This document shows, in pieces, positions 16,146-20,000 of a DNA stretch of 20,000 nt. Source of the stretch: an uncultured virus (IMG/VR IMGVR_UViG_3300010157_000035) (Duplodnaviria > Heunggongvirae > Uroviricota > Caudoviricetes); IMG/VR virus record IMGVR_UViG_3300010157_000035, positions 110,622 to 130,621 of that record; one strand, written 5' to 3'. A model generated the notes under the pieces. That model saw only the letters and a program-made list of their open reading frames with translations. It was not told the DNA's origin and ran no database searches. Numbering within the stretch: position 1 is the first letter of the stretch; each line of letters begins with the position of its first letter. The position numbers were made by a program, and so were the translations under genes.

Positions 16146-16721
16146 TTACTCCTTAAGAAAATCGACGGGTTCTTTAAAAAACATACAGGTTAACACTACT
16201 CTTGGAAATGATTGACATTTAGACATGTCAATCGTGTGTGGAATTTGACTGTTAAATACCACTGGTTTTAAAACTTCTACCGAAGCAAGTTGTTGGCACT
16301 GGCTAAGATCAATTGCACTTAGATCGTAATAGGCTGCACCAAATTTGTTTACGATCGGTTTCACTTGAGACATTAATTCCGCCGGAACCGAATACCATAA
16401 ATTTCGACTGTCTTGGGTATTCAAAATAGGAAAGTTAATTTTAGCAGTCACTGGTAATTCATCAATGTGTAGATTGGCATTTTCGTTACTGACACAAATT
16501 GTAAATGCCACTTCTCTTAATTGCAACTTGAGAGTTTTGAAATATTGTGCTAACTCCGGAACTGCTCGAACAAACTCTACTGTGTCCAATTTGTTCCACA
16601 GCGAGGGTTTTGTTACATTTAAAATATCATGTTTTGTTTTTAAAAAATCAATGGTTTTTTCAGAAATAGTTTTCTGCAGATCGTCTGGACAATCAAGTTG
16701 ATGATAGGGTTTTAACGTCAT
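16146..16721 (-). CDS. 2OG-Fe(II) oxygenase-like jelly-roll protein
   Basis: LHID...KINFPI...PVVFNSQIPH...RVVLT (HxD...H...R); start at ATG 16721, preceded by late-like ATTAAATA. Confidence 0.65.
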   Translation of the reverse strand: MTLKPYHQLDCPDDLQKTISEKTIDFLKTKHDILNVTKPSLWNKLDTVEFVRAVPELAQYFKTLKLQLREVAFTICVSNENANLHIDELPVTAKINFPILNTQDSRNLWYSVPAELMSQVKPIVNKFGAAYYDLSAIDLSQCQQLASVEVLKPVVFNSQIPHTIDMSKCQSFPRVVLTCMFFKEPVDFLKE

Positions 16722-16725
16722 GCTG

Positions 16726-17181
16726 TTATTTAATGGCTTGTCGTTGAGCAAAATACTGTTCATGTTGTATCCAGCGATTGCGAACCAAAAAGCCCCAATC
16801 ACGCTGTTTGGGTCCTGGCATGAATAGGGTCCAGGTAACAACACTAGGGTCTAGTTCGATTCGATGGTACGAGTCAGCACTGCAAATGCGAACATGACCG
16901 GGTCTGCGCCATTTGGCAATTTCACAAATTTTGTGACCGTTTGCATCAAATTGCGGAACCCATTCCCAGTAGCCGCCACGCAAAATTACGGTTGCATAGG
17001 GCCATGGATGATCATGCACATGGTCAGGATCACTTTTTAAAAATTTGTGTAAAAACACATTGAATGGAAACCAAGTACGATCTCGAAGAAAAAGATAATA
17101 GCGTTCCAGGTATGGTTCGTTGTTTTCGCGATCCATAATAACCCTATATCTTCCCAGGCGTTTGAATAGATGTTTTAGCAT
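16726..17181 (-). CDS. Cupin-like protein
   Basis: YLERYY, SDPDHVHDHPW, GGYWE, YHRIEL and WTLF motifs. Confidence 0.8.
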   Translation of the reverse strand: MLKHLFKRLGRYRVIMDRENNEPYLERYYLFLRDRTWFPFNVFLHKFLKSDPDHVHDHPWPYATVILRGGYWEWVPQFDANGHKICEIAKWRRPGHVRICSADSYHRIELDPSVVTWTLFMPGPKQRDWGFLVRNRWIQHEQYFAQRQAIK

Positions 17182-17216
17182 ACAAGTATTATACAGGAAA
17201 TGAATTTAATGGTCAA
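17179..17216 (-). promoter_or_regulatory. Class A promoter P5, leaderless (TTGACC-N17-TATAAT-ACTTGT-ATG)
   Basis: -35 at 17211-17216, -10 at 17188-17193. Confidence 0.85.
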
Positions 17217-17222
17217 GTCAAG

Positions 17223-17248
17223 AAAAAACCCCGCATTGCACGGGGTTT
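17223..17248 (-). terminator. Intrinsic terminator after the wHTH gene
   Basis: Minus strand: AAACCCCG-TGCAATG-CGGGG-TTTTTT. Confidence 0.85.
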
Positions 17249-17287
17249 GGGCTCAGTGTCCAGTCTGAATTGGACAGCGGAAGGGTA

Positions 17288-17551
17288 TTAGATACCTAAT
17301 GCAAGAGCGCGGTAGCCAGCGGCTACTAATTTACGGCTTGGTTTGCCCAACACGTATTCGGTTACAGTAACACCGTTGCCTGCTTTACGAGAATTCGTAT
17401 AGACGGCAAAACCGTTTGAACGGATTCTGCTCACTTCAGCTGACAGGTTTTTTACGCCCATTTTACTGGCTTGACTAGCAGTCAAAGCCTTGCCGGATTG
17501 CAATGCTGTGAATACTTTGAACGTCTTGGTTTCTGGATTAAAATGTTTCAT
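17288..17551 (-). CDS. Winged helix-turn-helix DNA-binding protein
   Basis: ALQSGKALTASQA...NLSAEVSRIRSNGFAVYT...YVLG; basic; monocistronic with its own promoter and terminator. Confidence 0.75.
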   Translation of the reverse strand: MKHFNPETKTFKVFTALQSGKALTASQASKMGVKNLSAEVSRIRSNGFAVYTNSRKAGNGVTVTEYVLGKPSRKLVAAGYRALALGI

Positions 17552-17598
17552 TGTTTTTACCTTTCAATGTTAAACGCTGTTTAACAACAGCTGATGCT

Positions 17599-17628
17599 AG
17601 TATAACACTGAATTGCACATTGTGCAAT
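17599..17628 (-). promoter_or_regulatory. Class B promoter (TTGCAC-N17-TATACT) overlapped by palindrome ATTGCACA-T-TGTGCAAT
   Basis: -35 at 17622-17627, -10 at 17599-17604, palindrome at 17612-17628. Confidence 0.7.
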
Positions 17629-17650
17629 GCCGTCTGGATAGCTATTTTAC

Positions 17651-17658
17651 CATAAATA
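17651..17658 (+). promoter_or_regulatory. T4-type late promoter (CATAAATA)
   Basis: One mismatch to TATAAATA; 22 nt upstream of a structural gene, followed by an AAAGG RBS. Confidence 0.7.
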
Positions 17659-17680
17659 ACTAAAAAGGCTAACTAGACTC

Positions 17681-20000
17681 ATGACCACCTATACAGTAAC
17701 CGCTACAGCCACCAATGCTACCACCGATACGATTACCGTCAGCTCGGCGACCAACATGTTTTCAGGCATGCCCATTGTGTTTTCGGGCACCACATTTGGC
17801 GGAATAACCGCTGGTGCTACTTATTATATCGGCACCGTCGTTCCGGGATACCCAACCAGCACCATCACAGTGACCAGCTTGCCCGGCGGTGCTGTCGTTG
17901 GGTTGACCACAGCCACGGGTGTCATGACTGGCACATTTAGCTCGGGCGGACAACAAATAATCAACATTGGCACTTTGCCAAACGACGGCACAGGCGATCC
18001 GCTACGCACAGCTTTCAATGATACCAATCTAAACTTTGACCAAGTTTTTGCGGCAGGTCCGGTTGGTAGCAATATCCAAATGGTCAGCAACACCATAAAA
18101 ACCACAAATACCAACGGTAACTTGGTGTTGGCTCCTAATGGAACGGGTATGGTCAAGAGCAATGTCAACATTGTGCCGGATCAGACTCATGTCCGTAATT
18201 TGGGTGCTCCTACTCTGCGTTGGAACACAATTTATTCCTACAACTATTCAGGAAACGGATCTGGGCTAACTGGAATTGTGGCCTCTGCCAACATTGGAAC
18301 AGCAAGCAAACTGATTAACGAATTCAGCGAAGTCAACATTCCAGATCCTAGTGGCAGTATCTATGCCAATGTCAACAGTGTGAATATCACTGTGACCACA
18401 CCGGATGGCTTTTTGGTCGACGGCAATGTCACTGTAAATGGCGCCATTGCACTACCAAACACACCAAGCGGCGCCGCCAATACTATACAATACGGTCTTG
18501 GCAACTTGATCGGCTACCTGGACGGTCAGTGGACCATTGGTGAATACAACGGTGCCGAATATGGTACAGAGGGTATTCGTATCAATCCCGGTATTGAAGG
18601 TGCCGCAGATGTCTATTTGCCAGCAAATCAAAATGCCAACGTAGAAGCATTGACAGTCAGCAACTATGCAGGTAATGTGGCAATCAACACAGCCACAGGC
18701 ACCTGGACCTTTGGTGCGGATCGTAGCACCATATTCCCAAATATAACAGTGCAACGTGGTGACAATCCGTCGGGCACAATTAGTGGTCAAACCCTGTTGT
18801 TTGGTGATGCCACACAAGAAGCCATTATCTCAACTCCAGATGGTAGCAATGCAGATGGTATTAATAGCCAACGCTTGGTAATCAATCCTGGCAAAGGTGA
18901 AGACAGCAACGGCGGAGAAGGTGGTGACATCTACTTATGGGCTGGTCGTGGTGGCAACAACAACGGTTCGGGTGGTGACGTCAAGATCCGTGGTGGTTAT
19001 GCTCCAGCAGATGGCACCGGCGGTTATATCCGTATGGATGGTGGTGAATCGCAAGGCAATGGTGCTCCTGGCTTTATTGAAATCACCGGCGGTCAAGGTG
19101 GCACTACCTCGGGCGGATATGTTCAGATAACAGGTGGTGTTGGTGGTAGCGGCACCGGAGGTGCTGTTGATATCATTGGTGGTTTTGGCCAAGCAGGTCC
19201 AGGTGCTGCTGTAAGTATCACCGGTGGCGGTTCGGCCAACGGCCTAGCAGAATACGGTAATGTAAACATTGGTTCCGGTGCAAGCACTTGGTCATTTAGA
19301 AATAATGGAACTACAATATTCCCTACAGGTAACATAACTTCTGATACATCATTGCAACTCACTACAACATTTGGAAATTATAGAACAGTAGAGTATCAAA
19401 CAGCAGGTGTTTGGGATGTATACGTAGAAGATGTTGCTACTGGACCTAATGATGCATGGTCTTGGATAGATGTAACATTCAAAGATAATTTAATAAACAA
19501 ACCTCAAGTATTCATTGAAAATCAGAAAGCAAGTGACGGTATAGCACTTCGTTGGACCTTTGATGAAAACGGTAACTTGACATTGCCAAAAGGTGGCGTT
19601 GTATCAGAAGGTGCAGCACCAACGGGTCTTGGAAATACCATTGCTATAACACCGTCGGGCGGATCAGACGCTGACCAACAACTGTTGGTATATCCAACTG
19701 GCAATGTTGTTGTTGATGGCAACCATTTACATCTTACTACAGGCAATTTACTCAATACTGAATTGTATTTGGGCAATGATGACTTTTACGTCAAATTGGC
19801 CAACACAGGTAATATTATAGTCAACACCGCTGGTAACACAGCTCAATGGACATTTGACACTGCTGGTAACTTAACTGTGCCGGGTGGTGGTGCTGTATGG
19901 ACTTTGGGAACAAACACAGTAGGTTTGACTGCCAACATAGCGGATCCATATCAAGTAAACTTAGGGCTAGACTACGCCGCTAACACAGCAACCTTGGCTG
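17681..20000 (+). CDS. Virion structural protein: T4 gp9/gp10-like baseplate motif fused to a long fibre-like region (3' end outside window; absent from ORF track)
   Basis: Frame open for more than 770 codons; QQIINIGTLPNDGTGDPLRTAFNDTNLNFDQVF; G/T/N-rich; Gly-rich repeats and four W[TS]F-x7-P motifs. Confidence 0.85.
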   Translation, partial: MTTYTVTATATNATTDTITVSSATNMFSGMPIVFSGTTFGGITAGATYYIGTVVPGYPTSTITVTSLPGGAVVGLTTATGVMTGTFSSGGQQIINIGTLPNDGTGDPLRTAFNDTNLNFDQVFAAGPVGSNIQMVSNTIKTTNTNGNLVLAPNGTGMVKSNVNIVPDQTHVRNLGAPTLRWNTIYSYNYSGNGSGLTGIVASANIGTASKLINEFSEVNIPDPSGSIYANVNSVNITVTTPDGFLVDGNVTVNGAIALPNTPSGAANTIQYGLGNLIGYLDGQWTIGEYNGAEYGTEGIRINPGIEGAADVYLPANQNANVEALTVSNYAGNVAINTATGTWTFGADRSTIFPNITVQRGDNPSGTISGQTLLFGDATQEAIISTPDGSNADGINSQRLVINPGKGEDSNGGEGGDIYLWAGRGGNNNGSGGDVKIRGGYAPADGTGGYIRMDGGESQGNGAPGFIEITGGQGGTTSGGYVQITGGVGGSGTGGAVDIIGGFGQAGPGAAVSITGGGSANGLAEYGNVNIGSGASTWSFRNNGTTIFPTGNITSDTSLQLTTTFGNYRTVEYQTAGVWDVYVEDVATGPNDAWSWIDVTFKDNLINKPQVFIENQKASDGIALRWTFDENGNLTLPKGGVVSEGAAPTGLGNTIAITPSGGSDADQQLLVYPTGNVVVDGNHLHLTTGNLLNTELYLGNDDFYVKLANTGNIIVNTAGNTAQWTFDTAGNLTVPGGGAVWTLGTNTVGLTANIADPYQVNLGLDYAANTATLA

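Noticed and set aside
715..16701. Plus-strand ORFs in the ORF track, e.g. 14612-15238
   Set aside because: They are antisense to well-supported, tightly tiled minus-strand genes and carry no recognisable motifs
17577..17590. CTGT...ACAG as a LexA (SOS) box
   Set aside because: The spacer is 6 nt rather than the 8 nt of the E. coli-type box
17762..19776. Minus-strand ORFs and the + strand ORF 18897-19130 listed over the fibre gene
   Set aside because: Shadow frames of the long + strand structural gene

Overview
Fragment of a large T4-like (Tevenvirinae/jumbo-type) dsDNA phage genome; the host is unknown. Bases 1-17551 are a dense, translationally coupled array of minus-strand, probably early/accessory genes. 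They are driven by near-consensus sigma70 promoters in two repeated sequence classes. The array contains an ahpC-ahpD peroxiredoxin pair split by an HNH homing endonuclease and a small ORF, and a GIY-YIG gene with a single in-frame TAG. It also holds a five-gene operon with its own promoter (ParB/DGQHR-like, two HNH-like proteins, a putative restriction endonuclease and an SPPY DNA methyltransferase), plus FkbM methyltransferase, gamma-glutamylcyclotransferase, metallophosphoesterase, cupin/2OG-like genes and a winged-HTH gene. At about 17600 the orientation switches to a plus-strand gp9/gp10-like baseplate/fibre gene with a late-type promoter, which runs off the window. The best candidates for novelty are the ParB-HNH-HNH-REase-MTase operon, the inverted-late-promoter leader of the homing endonuclease, the leadered/leaderless promoter cassette family, and a shared C-terminal peptide on two unrelated proteins. 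All product calls come from motif recognition; no database searches were run.
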